Of a stretch of 64,000 nucleotides of DNA, positions 16,830 to 26,022 are shown in pieces. The stretch lies in IMG/VR virus record IMGVR_UViG_3300009071_000007. One strand, given 5' to 3'. Source of the DNA: a virus. How positions within the stretch are numbered: position 1 is the first letter of the stretch; every line of letters starts with the position of its first letter. Under the pieces are notes generated by a model. That model was not told where the DNA came from. It worked only from the letters and a program-made list of their open reading frames with translations, and made no database searches. A program made the position numbers and the translations under genes.

Positions 16830-17254
16830 TGTCTGTAAGAAGTTACACCAACAACCAAGAAATTGTCGACAAGATTAAGGCACTAAGAACGTGCATAACT
16901 CGTCGTCACCATGCCCTCTATAAAAAAATCCATGGAGGGCTAGAATGTTCTACTATTGAGAACATAAAGCTAACCCTTATTGCATACCTCCTGATAGACT
17001 ATCAAAAGAATGGGGAGGATGACAATGCAAAGGACTGCCTGCAGGCCACAAACTCTGATAGAAAAGGTTGGAAAATACTTAACGTATTCCTAGACTTTGT
17101 ATCAAGAGAATGCAGAGACTGCTTTCCAACAGAAACTGCTTATACTTTGGGAGATGGCGGAATAATCGCGACAGACCCAGATATTAACTTTATTACCACA
17201 TCTTCAGGAGACCAGCTTACTGATCAAGGTGGAAATCCCATTATAACAACATAA
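16829..17254 (+). CDS. hypothetical protein (141 aa)
   Basis: A TAATG overlap gives a start at 16829. The track start at 16811 is a TTG inside the upstream gene. Confidence 0.7.
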   Translation: MSVRSYTNNQEIVDKIKALRTCITRRHHALYKKIHGGLECSTIENIKLTLIAYLLIDYQKNGEDDNAKDCLQATNSDRKGWKILNVFLDFVSRECRDCFPTETAYTLGDGGIIATDPDINFITTSSGDQLTDQGGNPIITT

Positions 17255-17258
17255 GAAA

Positions 17259-18260
17259 ATGGCTAACGTAACCCTAGACGATTTATCAGCTACACTGCTT
17301 GCAGACGTAACTAGTGCGCACTATCTGCTTATAGATAATGCTACCACTACAACTAAAGTGTCTGCATTGTCAGGTCTGATACAATCTATTTCAACATTAG
17401 GATCAGCCGGTGCTTCTGTGGTTAAAAGCCACACCCTTGGAGTGCTCTATCAAAGAGACATTGTGGGCAGCACTGGCATTACTGTGGCGCAGAACACAAA
17501 CGATCTTACTCTGTCTGTAACTCAAGCGGACATTAATATTAATAACCTTGCTGGAATATCAAGCTTTGATCTGAGCGGGGCGGACAATACGTCTTCCCTG
17601 TTTCTTGCAAGGGTAAACCTAGCATCCGACGTTACAGGTAGTCTCCCGATTGCAAATGGGGGAACCGGACTAACAAGTCTTACAGCTAACTCAGTATTGA
17701 TTGGGGGAGCTAGCATCACAAGTGCGGTTCTTGATGCAGACAGAGAAATACTTGTAGGAACCTCTAGTGGTCCTGAGATGAAAACTTTGACTGCGGGCTC
17801 TAGTATTGCTATTACACAGAATAACTCTGCAAACACTCTCACAATAGGATTTACAAAAGGTAATTTTGTAGAAGTAAATGATGACGTAACTCTCGGAGAC
17901 ACGACAGTGGGAGCGCTGACTGTTGGATCTATTACTCCCACTAATAGAGGTGCCGTTACGCAAGCAACGTCTATGGCAACTGCTGTAACAGTAAATGCCC
18001 CAGCAGGAATTATTCAACTATTCACAGGAGCAATTACAGCAGACACTAATACACAATTTACCGTTAATAATACTAGTGTCGCAGCGACGTCTACTGTACT
18101 TTTGAGCAAAGAGTTTCAAAGCAACACTGCTGCAGATAACGGAGTGCACATAAGCGTTGCTTCTGTATCTGACGATAGCTTTATAGTAAATATTACTCAC
18201 ACTGGAAACCAAGGTGCAGGATCAGTTGCAAGAAAAATTCATTTCCTAATAATAGGATAA
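17259..18260 (+). CDS. fibre-like structural protein candidate (333 aa)
   Basis: Thr/Ser/Ala/Gly/Asn-rich beta-type composition typical of fibres or head fibres. No specific motif. Confidence 0.6.
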   Translation: MANVTLDDLSATLLADVTSAHYLLIDNATTTTKVSALSGLIQSISTLGSAGASVVKSHTLGVLYQRDIVGSTGITVAQNTNDLTLSVTQADININNLAGISSFDLSGADNTSSLFLARVNLASDVTGSLPIANGGTGLTSLTANSVLIGGASITSAVLDADREILVGTSSGPEMKTLTAGSSIAITQNNSANTLTIGFTKGNFVEVNDDVTLGDTTVGALTVGSITPTNRGAVTQATSMATAVTVNAPAGIIQLFTGAITADTNTQFTVNNTSVAATSTVLLSKEFQSNTAADNGVHISVASVSDDSFIVNITHTGNQGAGSVARKIHFLIIG

Positions 18261-18284
18261 TAATAACCAATCAAACCATACACA

Positions 18285-18692
18285 ATGTTTAATCAAGTAA
18301 AAATGAAGGTGGCAGATGCTATCGAATTGTACAAAGGACTGGAAGCAGTTAAACAACACAAAGGCGCACGATTCGCAGTAATTGTAGCCAAGAATGTAAA
18401 AGAACTGGAACAGGTTCTAAGTAAGTACGAGGAGACAGCAAAACCGTCAGATGAATTCCTTAAAATTTCTGGAGAAGCACACAGACTTGCAGAAGCAGAA
18501 GATGAAGAAGGAATAAAAAAACTAGAAGAAGAGCATGCAGATTTAATTGAGGAGCGTAAGACACAACTTGCACAACTCGAAGCAACAATGCAAAACGAGA
18601 TCAACGTTGATCTGCACTCTATCAAAGAAACTCAACTCCCTGAAGATGTAACCCCAGAACAAATTGTTCCAATACTACCGATACTAGTATGA
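18285..18692 (+). CDS. acidic coiled-coil protein (135 aa)
   Basis: ORF with strongly acidic helical segments (AEAEDEEGIKKLEEEHADLIEERK). ATGA overlap with the next gene. Confidence 0.7.
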   Translation: MFNQVKMKVADAIELYKGLEAVKQHKGARFAVIVAKNVKELEQVLSKYEETAKPSDEFLKISGEAHRLAEAEDEEGIKKLEEEHADLIEERKTQLAQLEATMQNEINVDLHSIKETQLPEDVTPEQIVPILPILV

Positions 18693-19825
18693 GATCTAAA
18701 CAGGACATAAGAAAGTTTTTGCTTGACAAGCCCGGGTACCTTAAAAAAGGTGCCTGGGTTTTAGCACGTAAACTGGAGTGCTCTGTAAAAGATTGTCAAG
18801 AAGTGTTGAAGGAGCTAAGGAACACAAATACATCAGAGAATAGACTTGATAGAGAAGACCTAGTTAAGACTTCTAGTCTGCAGAAATTCCTAAGTACCCA
18901 CGGAATTAGTGAAGCATCTGTATCAAGTGTAAAGTTTTGGCAAACAGCTACCGGAGATTTACGATACTCGATAGTTACTAGCGATGCTCCTAACATAGAG
19001 GACATCAAACAAGAGGTAGAAGATTTTGCAGCAGAGTATGCTCCGATATATCCAGATCAGGAATATCCAGAGCATGAAGACCCTATTGCATATGAGATAT
19101 CTCTCCCGGACATACACTACGGCAAGTTGGTAGACATGCCACTGCCGTACGATTTTCAAGAAAAAGAATACATTACAGTTGTAGAAAATCTTGTAGCTAA
19201 AGCAGCAGGATTGGAGATCGAAAGATTCATTCTCCCCATTGGGAATGACGGGTTAAACTCAGAGGGAATGAGAATGACTACAACTAAAGGTACCCCACAA
19301 CAGGACTATATGGACTGGAGAAAAAGCTTTAGGGGATACTGGAAGCTAATAGTTTACACCATTGACTATTTAAAGCAGATAGCACCCGTGGATGTTATAG
19401 TTGTCTCAGGCAACCACGATTACGAACGTATGTACTACGTAGGAGATGTTATTGCAGGATGGTTCCGCGATGACATCAATGTAAACGTGGACAACAGTGA
19501 TGACCCTAGAAAGTATTACCAATACGGAACAAACATGTTAATGTTTACTCACGGTGATAAAGAAAAGGCCCAAAACATTCCTTTGATAATGGCAACAGAA
19601 CAACCAGAAATGTTCGCAGCTACATCTCACAGAGAGGCGCACTGCGGACACTTTCATAAAGAGCAAGTCAATGAGTATCGAGGAATCAAAGTCCGTTTCG
19701 TTCCTTCTATTTGCCCTAACGATTCATGGCACAAGCAAATGGGATATGAATCCAAGCGAACAGGACAGGCTTATATATGGAGTAAAGAGAGGGGAATGGA
19801 GGGATATAATCAGTACAATGTTTGA
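18689..19825 (+). CDS. calcineurin-like metallophosphoesterase
   Basis: Ordered motifs PIGNDG, VVSGNHDYE, MFTHGD and CGHFHKE correspond to MPP motifs (GD, GNH[DE], H, GH). A roughly 130-aa N-terminal extension has unknown function. Confidence 0.7.
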   Translation: MRSKQDIRKFLLDKPGYLKKGAWVLARKLECSVKDCQEVLKELRNTNTSENRLDREDLVKTSSLQKFLSTHGISEASVSSVKFWQTATGDLRYSIVTSDAPNIEDIKQEVEDFAAEYAPIYPDQEYPEHEDPIAYEISLPDIHYGKLVDMPLPYDFQEKEYITVVENLVAKAAGLEIERFILPIGNDGLNSEGMRMTTTKGTPQQDYMDWRKSFRGYWKLIVYTIDYLKQIAPVDVIVVSGNHDYERMYYVGDVIAGWFRDDINVNVDNSDDPRKYYQYGTNMLMFTHGDKEKAQNIPLIMATEQPEMFAATSHREAHCGHFHKEQVNEYRGIKVRFVPSICPNDSWHKQMGYESKRTGQAYIWSKERGMEGYNQYNV

Positions 19826-20126
19826 TGACTTATCATACAACAATGACGAGTCTGATGACACTCTAGACATCAACGAGGAAATTGAAATCCTCGGAGAGGC
19901 CTATGAAAATGCATATAAAATACTAACGGGAAAAGTTCAGGTAGAAGAGTTCTTACTAGAAAAAACAGATTCAGGTGATATAGTCTTCCTCCCATTTGAT
20001 CCGAAAGAACCAGAGACAATAGAATTAATTATAGAAGACGTAATAGCATATTTTGAAGAAGGTGAAGAGTATGAAAAGTGCTCAGAGCTATTAGTAATAA
20101 AGAATAAGTTCGATGACACTGAATGA
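19818..20126 (+). CDS. highly acidic small protein (102 aa)
   Basis: The ATG at 19818 overlaps the upstream stop (ATGTTTGA). Earlier track codons lie inside the MPP gene. Very Asp/Glu-rich. Confidence 0.65.
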   Translation: MFDDLSYNNDESDDTLDINEEIEILGEAYENAYKILTGKVQVEEFLLEKTDSGDIVFLPFDPKEPETIELIIEDVIAYFEEGEEYEKCSELLVIKNKFDDTE

Positions 20127-20784
20127 AATCGCATATAACCTGCTAAACTTAATGCGAGCGGGACGTACTCACAACGATGAGAACATCTCAATAGCACAGA
20201 TCAAGTTTAATATTAAGCATTACCGTGCGATGTTTATTCGTAGGGACTTTATGCGTAATGGGCTTATCACAAGACACCTAGAACAAGACCTAGGGTGCCT
20301 CGAGCTTGAAAAAGTAGATGCAAGCGTGTGTAGGGATTGCGGCTTTATTGTAGATTGTCCGGTTTGGAAAACAAAAAAGAAAATACCTCGTACTGTGCGA
20401 TTTAATTTCAGAGATGCAATTACACACGTAGGAGATATTACTGGTCTTGGGCGTATTCCTCTCATAGAGCCGTATGAAGTACAGTGGCTTCCTTATGATA
20501 AATACACAGCCAATAGACCAAAAGCGTACATGATAGAGGACTACCTCTACGTGTACAACCCTAATGCTATGGAACTAGTAAATGTTCGTGGCGTATTTGA
20601 GGATCCGGAAGAACTCGCAGGACTTAAGAGTTGCGATCCAGTATGTTACGATGCAGACTCCCCATTCCCAATTCCAGCAGATATGGTTGGTCAAATATCT
20701 GCAGGTCTAATAAATGGGGAACTTAAATTATTAGTTACTACCTTAGTAGACGACGAAAACGACAGGCAACAAGACAAGCAATAA
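20113..20784 (+). CDS. hypothetical protein (223 aa)
   Basis: ORF overlapping the upstream stop by 14 nt. No motif recognised. Confidence 0.8.
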   Translation: MTLNEIAYNLLNLMRAGRTHNDENISIAQIKFNIKHYRAMFIRRDFMRNGLITRHLEQDLGCLELEKVDASVCRDCGFIVDCPVWKTKKKIPRTVRFNFRDAITHVGDITGLGRIPLIEPYEVQWLPYDKYTANRPKAYMIEDYLYVYNPNAMELVNVRGVFEDPEELAGLKSCDPVCYDADSPFPIPADMVGQISAGLINGELKLLVTTLVDDENDRQQDKQ

Positions 20785-20785
20785 G

Positions 20786-21064
20786 ATGGCTAAATCGGCA
20801 GCATGGACACGCAAAGAGGGTCAGAGCGCAAGCGGAGGCCTTAACAAACGTGGGATAGCATCTTACAGAAGAGCTAACCCCGGAAGTGAACTGTCTGCGG
20901 CTGTAACCGAAAAGAATCCCACTGGAAAAAGGAAAGCCAGAAGAAAGTCTTTCTGTTCCCGTATGTGTGGTATGAAAAAAAGCAGAACCAGCTCAAAAAC
21001 AGCAAATGACCCTAACTCTAGAATAAATAAGGCACTACGAAAGTGGAGGTGCCGTTGTAACTAA
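20786..21064 (+). CDS. small very basic Cys-containing protein (92 aa)
   Basis: Lys/Arg-rich with SFCSRMCGMKK and a C-terminal WRCRC. It resembles a small basic protein type I have seen in marine phages but cannot name. Confidence 0.65.
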   Translation: MAKSAAWTRKEGQSASGGLNKRGIASYRRANPGSELSAAVTEKNPTGKRKARRKSFCSRMCGMKKSRTSSKTANDPNSRINKALRKWRCRCN

Positions 21065-21075
21065 CAACCCCGATA

Positions 21076-21294
21076 ATGGACCTAATGGAAAACATATCAC
21101 ATTTTGAGTTTCTGCTGGTGGCAGGTTCTCTTGTAGGTGTTTGGATAAAACACCAAAGCGACTACGCAACATTAAAAAGCAGAGTAAAAGCTATGGAGCT
21201 TAAAAGTGATGAAATAACTGCAATGTTGAAGAAACTGGCTGAAGACGTTGCTGAGATTAAACTTCTACTAGCCAGAAAACAAATTGACAACTAA
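21076..21294 (+). CDS. small membrane protein (one N-terminal TM helix plus coiled coil); holin-like only by shape
   Basis: 72 aa. FEFLLVAGSLVGVWI is a hydrophobic helix, followed by an amphipathic charged helix. Confidence 0.55.
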   Translation: MDLMENISHFEFLLVAGSLVGVWIKHQSDYATLKSRVKAMELKSDEITAMLKKLAEDVAEIKLLLARKQIDN

Positions 21295-21301
21295 TACTAT
21301 T

Positions 21302-22249
21302 ATGGCAAATAAAAAAAGAATGTACAAGAAAGGCAGCTTCTTGGAACCAAATAAAGCGCTCACGTTTGGGAGCATGAAAAAAGGTAAGTACGAAGCTGCT
21401 GGTCCTGTAGCTCGGCAGATGGAGAACGCAAAAAAAGCAAAGGCTGCAGCTGATAGAATCGAAGCAGAAGAAGCTTCAAAAGCAGCAGCAGCACAAAGAG
21501 GCCCTAGCAGACAAGAAAAACAAAACACTCCCCAAGGAACTGGGGGTGGTGCAAAACCTCAAGTAGGAAGTAAGCTTAAAGAATTAAGTAATGCTCCAGG
21601 CCCAACTTCTACTGGACCAAAACCAGGTACATATGCATACGCAAAGAAGCGTAACCCTAACTTGGATAAGCTGATTGCTGAGCGTAAAAAGTATGCTAAA
21701 GGATCTGATGATTATAATAGAGTGCAGAATCAGATTAACAAAGCATACAACAAAGGACCTATGCGTAACGAGAATCAATCTGTAAGCAAACCAAAACCTA
21801 GACCGGCTGCTAAGAACACAATTAAGCCTACGCTTAAAGTTAAAACTCCAGCAAAACCAGCAGCTAAGCCTGCTGCTAAAAAGCCTACACCTACTAAAAC
21901 TCCTAGTGGGGGTTCAGGTATGGGTGCTGTAGCTAAAGAGAATGCAATAAAGAAAGAGCTGCAATCTGCAAAGCCAGCAGATCGCAGAACCTCTGCTCCA
22001 GCTACAAAATCTACATCTAAAAAGATGGATAGACTTGTAAAGAAAGTGAAGAAAGAAGATGCAAGACTCCGCCGTAAATTGGAAAAGGATCTCAAATCAA
22101 GAGGTATGATGATGGGCGGCATGAAGTATGGCATGGGCGGTAAGTACATGAATAAAGGTGGATTCCCAGACCTTAACGGAGACGGAAAAGTAACCTTTGC
22201 AGATGTACTTAAAGGTCGACTCAAAGGCAAAAAGCGTAACCGCAAGTAA
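21302..22249 (+). CDS. Lys/Ala/Pro-rich histone-H1-like basic protein with a Met/Gly-rich segment and EF-hand/dockerin-like loop
   Basis: I prefer the ATG at 21302, just after the upstream stop. It contains AKPAAKPAAKKPTPTKTP repeats, then MMMGGMKYGMGGKYMNKGG and PDLNGDGKVTFADVL. The C-terminus is KGKKRNRK. Confidence 0.75.
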   Translation: MANKKRMYKKGSFLEPNKALTFGSMKKGKYEAAGPVARQMENAKKAKAAADRIEAEEASKAAAAQRGPSRQEKQNTPQGTGGGAKPQVGSKLKELSNAPGPTSTGPKPGTYAYAKKRNPNLDKLIAERKKYAKGSDDYNRVQNQINKAYNKGPMRNENQSVSKPKPRPAAKNTIKPTLKVKTPAKPAAKPAAKKPTPTKTPSGGSGMGAVAKENAIKKELQSAKPADRRTSAPATKSTSKKMDRLVKKVKKEDARLRRKLEKDLKSRGMMMGGMKYGMGGKYMNKGGFPDLNGDGKVTFADVLKGRLKGKKRNRK

Positions 22250-22731
22250 TGCACACGTTCAAGGACATATATAACAGCTATGCAAAATCTGTAGCAGAGC
22301 CTATAAGCAAGAAATTGTTTAAGGAAATCTGCGAAAAGTTCAACATAGAAGTTATAGAGGGTGTCCTTGAGGGTGATGTATTTAATATGAAAAACAATCT
22401 TTCCAACCTTTCTATTCGTAGGATTGAACGCAATCCGTCCAAGCCTACAATAGATTGGTGGGAGAGTAACAAGTACAAACAGGAGTTGTTGGCTGAAGGC
22501 AAAACATTGTATTCAGAAGACAACCCTGATGGAGAGAAGTGGTTTATATACTACACCGATCCATGGTACTGTAAATACCATTGGGAGAAGCATAGATGCA
22601 AGATCCCAAACAAGACTGCATACAGGTTTACCCCGACCCGTGGAATTAAAGGGAACAAAGAAAAGCTAACTAAGCTACTAAAAGAAGACGAACTAGCATA
22701 CCTCAGATTCAAGAAGCATGGCAATATATAA
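22249..22731 (+). CDS. hypothetical protein (160 aa)
   Basis: TAATG overlap with the upstream gene. No motif recognised. Confidence 0.75.
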   Translation: MHTFKDIYNSYAKSVAEPISKKLFKEICEKFNIEVIEGVLEGDVFNMKNNLSNLSIRRIERNPSKPTIDWWESNKYKQELLAEGKTLYSEDNPDGEKWFIYYTDPWYCKYHWEKHRCKIPNKTAYRFTPTRGIKGNKEKLTKLLKEDELAYLRFKKHGNI

Positions 22732-24109
22732 GACAATATCTAGTAAGGTCGTTATCCGCAAGATATTCCGAGACATCAATCCCAATACTGACAACTGGGT
22801 TGATGACGCTATTGAATGGATGGGAGAAGCGCTGGAGCATATAGGAGCAGCACCACAGCTAGAGATAAAAACATGTGTGCTTACAGTAAAAGATTACAAA
22901 GCAGCTCTCCCAAACGATCTGTACTATATCAATCAAGTAGCACTAAACGAAACAGAAGAAGGGGTAATCATCTCACAGCAGATGGATACCCTTTTAGAGC
23001 GAATAGACGCCATTGTAAATGGTGGGGCTTCCTACAACTATACTCTTAATGAGATAAACTCTAGACTGCAGGTTTTAGAGAACCAACTGGCCGGAGCAGA
23101 TAACATGACTGTACTTAATAAGTGCCGAACAAGTTTCCCTAAAACAGTAGACTGCCCGGACTGCATCAATGACAATAACCTCCCATTTAGATGCTACTAC
23201 ACAGAAGCAGACAAGCTTAAGGCATCCTTTTCTCAGGGCAAAGTTTGCATTAGCTACATGGCATTTCCAGTAGATGATGAATGCTTCCCTCTAGTCCCAG
23301 ACGACATCTCATTTAAAGAGGCTATGTTCTGGTACGTATACAAAAAGATGTTGCTTGGCAATATGACCCCATCCCAGAACGGGATAGGATATGAGTTTGC
23401 AGAAATGCAATGGAAGTACTACTGCACTCAAGCTAGAAATGCAGCTAACTATCCAGATATTGATGCATATGAATCCTTTATGGATCAGTGGGTTAGGCTC
23501 ATTCCAAACATCAATAGACACGCAGAAGGCTTTGCAGGTCTTAATCAAAGAGAATCTCTTAGCAGAGACAAGTACAAGTATATGGTGGATAATATGCCTA
23601 TATCCAACGGTGTCCCAACTAAAGCGTCCTCTACAAATCTTACACGTAAGACTACTAGCGTTGCTTGGACCTCAAATACAAATCAACTTGCATCAATACC
23701 TGCAGGTAACGACACAATCTACAAGCTGCTCAATCCTCCAAGTGATGGGTACAGCTTTGTACTTGGAACCTCAACAATCACATATGGGGCGGATAGCTGG
23801 TTAGTGACAGGTCTTGCATCTTCTATGACTATTACATATGCTTATACAATTAACTTGTTTACAAGTTTTGGTGTAAGTGGTCCTTTGGAAGTAGAGGTTG
23901 TTATGGTAAACAATGAGACTGGGCAAGAAACAATCATTGGGGATACTACATATCAACTTGCTTCGCTGAGTAACACTATACAGGGAGACGAAACTTCATT
24001 GGTAGGCAGCATACAATCTGCAACAGTGTTTGTTAGAATTCCAACACAAACAAATAACCCAGTAATTACAGCTATAAAGATGTCAGCAGGAACATTGAAA
24101 ATTGAGTAA
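22718..24109 (+). CDS. hypothetical structural protein (463 aa)
   Basis: Long ORF in the tail/fibre region with a Thr/Ser-rich C-terminal half. Confidence 0.8.
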   Translation: MAIYKTISSKVVIRKIFRDINPNTDNWVDDAIEWMGEALEHIGAAPQLEIKTCVLTVKDYKAALPNDLYYINQVALNETEEGVIISQQMDTLLERIDAIVNGGASYNYTLNEINSRLQVLENQLAGADNMTVLNKCRTSFPKTVDCPDCINDNNLPFRCYYTEADKLKASFSQGKVCISYMAFPVDDECFPLVPDDISFKEAMFWYVYKKMLLGNMTPSQNGIGYEFAEMQWKYYCTQARNAANYPDIDAYESFMDQWVRLIPNINRHAEGFAGLNQRESLSRDKYKYMVDNMPISNGVPTKASSTNLTRKTTSVAWTSNTNQLASIPAGNDTIYKLLNPPSDGYSFVLGTSTITYGADSWLVTGLASSMTITYAYTINLFTSFGVSGPLEVEVVMVNNETGQETIIGDTTYQLASLSNTIQGDETSLVGSIQSATVFVRIPTQTNNPVITAIKMSAGTLKIE

Positions 24110-25479
24110 TGGCTAGTAAGTACATTGTAAAAAATGAAGGTGGTAACCATGTAGTTATTACAGTGGACTCAGAGGACTTAACAACTTCTTTGGGTACTAG
24201 ACGATTCTTGCCCAGAGGTTTATCTGCATCAGAACGAGTAGGAGCGGTAGACCTTAAAGATGAGGTTACTGATGCTACAGTATTTAGTGCTCTTCCACAC
24301 GGTGATATCTACAAAGACACCAGTGGGACAGTGTGGGGCGTAACTGCAGCAGCTACAGTAACCGCACTCAATGCATTTTTTGCAACATCTCCACACGACC
24401 TGGAGGATCTGCAAGATGTTCCTAGTCCAACAAACAACACACTCTTAAAGTATACAACAGCCGACGGGTATGTCTGGGAATCTGCATCAGATGCAGTACC
24501 TAGAGATGTCGAAAACCTTAATGACTTAGATGATGTAACTGTTACAAGTCCAACAGATGACCAAATACTGCAGTACAATAACAGCACATCATTATGGGAA
24601 AATGTAGACTTCCCGGACACAGGTGCAACATTAGGCTCAACAATAACTATTACAAACGGAGATGCCGCATTCTCTCATATGAGCAGCCCAATAGCATCTG
24701 GGACATCATTAGAACAGGTAGTTAGAGACATATTAGAAAAGTATAACCTAACTAATATTACATTCTCAAGCTTTAGTGCTGCACTTGAAAGTACTTCTTC
24801 TACATATGGCAGCCCTACTACTAGTGTAGGCGCTGTATTGGAGATAGGGAGAGGAGTTAAAATATATGGATTTAACTACAACGTAGGAGATCCGACGCAG
24901 ACTACAGACGACAGTGTCAACTTTGTACAAGGAGGCAGCACTCTGATAGAAAGTGGATTTGCAGACGATGCTCTTCAGGCAACTCTTGCAACTGTAGTTA
25001 CACTAGACCCCGGGAATGAGTCTAGTACACAGTACAGGCTTACAGTAGTAGACTCTGGAGGTGGGAGTAATGTAATTAGAAATAGCGTCTCAAGAGGATT
25101 TAGCTGGCAATACAGAGTTCGTGTGGGAGCACACTCAACCAGCTCAATAACCTCAGATTCAGAAGCAGCAACATTATGGGCCCTGATTACTGATGGGTAC
25201 AATAATATAAGAAATACAAGTAATCTTACTATCTCTGCAACTTCTGCAATGAATACAGCTTTAAACTACACCTGGATAGCATATCCAGCAAGTTGGGGCA
25301 ACTTAACCCAAATACTATTAGACGGTTCAACTAACGTACTGTCTGATTTTCAATCACCAGTAGATTACAATATTACCAACGACTATGGAATAACAGCATC
25401 CTACCGATTCTACAGAAGCACCTACGACCAAGCCTTCTCTCATTCAAATCCTACTCAACTCTTAACTATTGACTTCTAA
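24109..25479 (+). CDS. tail fibre / receptor-binding protein candidate
   Basis: Two copies of the fibre motif: LEDLQDVPSPTNNTLLKYTTADGYVWE (24400-24480) and LNDLDDVTVTSPTDDQILQYNNSTSLWEN (24517-24603). The same motif occurs in ORF 26023. Confidence 0.6.
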   Translation: MASKYIVKNEGGNHVVITVDSEDLTTSLGTRRFLPRGLSASERVGAVDLKDEVTDATVFSALPHGDIYKDTSGTVWGVTAAATVTALNAFFATSPHDLEDLQDVPSPTNNTLLKYTTADGYVWESASDAVPRDVENLNDLDDVTVTSPTDDQILQYNNSTSLWENVDFPDTGATLGSTITITNGDAAFSHMSSPIASGTSLEQVVRDILEKYNLTNITFSSFSAALESTSSTYGSPTTSVGAVLEIGRGVKIYGFNYNVGDPTQTTDDSVNFVQGGSTLIESGFADDALQATLATVVTLDPGNESSTQYRLTVVDSGGGSNVIRNSVSRGFSWQYRVRVGAHSTSSITSDSEAATLWALITDGYNNIRNTSNLTISATSAMNTALNYTWIAYPASWGNLTQILLDGSTNVLSDFQSPVDYNITNDYGITASYRFYRSTYDQAFSHSNPTQLLTIDF

Positions 25480-25952
25480 TGCCAATTTTTCCAGGACCAG
25501 TATCGCACAACAATGCCAATGCTCCTATTCTAGATGCGACTGGGAATCAAATTAAGGGGTTTGGATTCTTTGATAATACCACAGAAAGAGACGACCTTGA
25601 CGCAAACTTACAGGTAGATGGCTTTCTTGCTATTGTAGGTACTGCAGCATATGTGTTTCAAGGTGGAACCTGGACAGATGCAAATAACTGGACAGAGGTA
25701 GGAAGTGGTAGCGGATTAGATAACGTAGTCGAAGATCTAACACCTCAACTAGGGGGTGATTTAGATGTTAACGGACAATCAATCGTGTCAGTAAGTAATG
25801 GGGATATAGTATTTACCCCTAATGGTACTGGGCACGTTAATCTTGATGGAGTTGTAGAATTTAAACAATTCCCTGTTGCATCACCCCCCGCAGCCTTTGC
25901 TGGGGGTATGTATGCAGATGATAATGATAATTTATTCTTTGGTGTAACCTAA
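25479..25952 (+). CDS. short fibre-module protein (157 aa)
   Basis: It contains GSGSGLDNVVEDLTPQLGGDLDVNG (25701-25775). This motif is shared with ORF 27607. Confidence 0.6.
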   Translation: MPIFPGPVSHNNANAPILDATGNQIKGFGFFDNTTERDDLDANLQVDGFLAIVGTAAYVFQGGTWTDANNWTEVGSGSGLDNVVEDLTPQLGGDLDVNGQSIVSVSNGDIVFTPNGTGHVNLDGVVEFKQFPVASPPAAFAGGMYADDNDNLFFGVT

Positions 25953-26022
25953 CAGAATATTTTATATATTTACAACAACTTTTCGAAAAAGTAAAAATTT
26001 ATAAATTTAAAAACAAAATATC

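Noticed and set aside
21775-22254. 159-aa minus-strand ORF inside the Lys/Ala/Pro-rich gene
   Set aside because: It is an antisense artefact of the low-complexity GC-skewed repeats. The same reasoning applies to the antisense ORFs at 17522..17941, 26595..26999, 35670..35966, 39959..40399, 43651..44133 and 50973..51299.
25980-25989. TTTTCGAAAA perfect 10-nt palindrome in the AT-rich gap before fibre gene 26023, as an operator or terminator
   Set aside because: It is too short and AT-rich to fold stably, and such palindromes are expected by chance in AT-rich spacers. Nearby TATATTTA and TAAATTTA boxes are only near-matches to TAnnTTTG.
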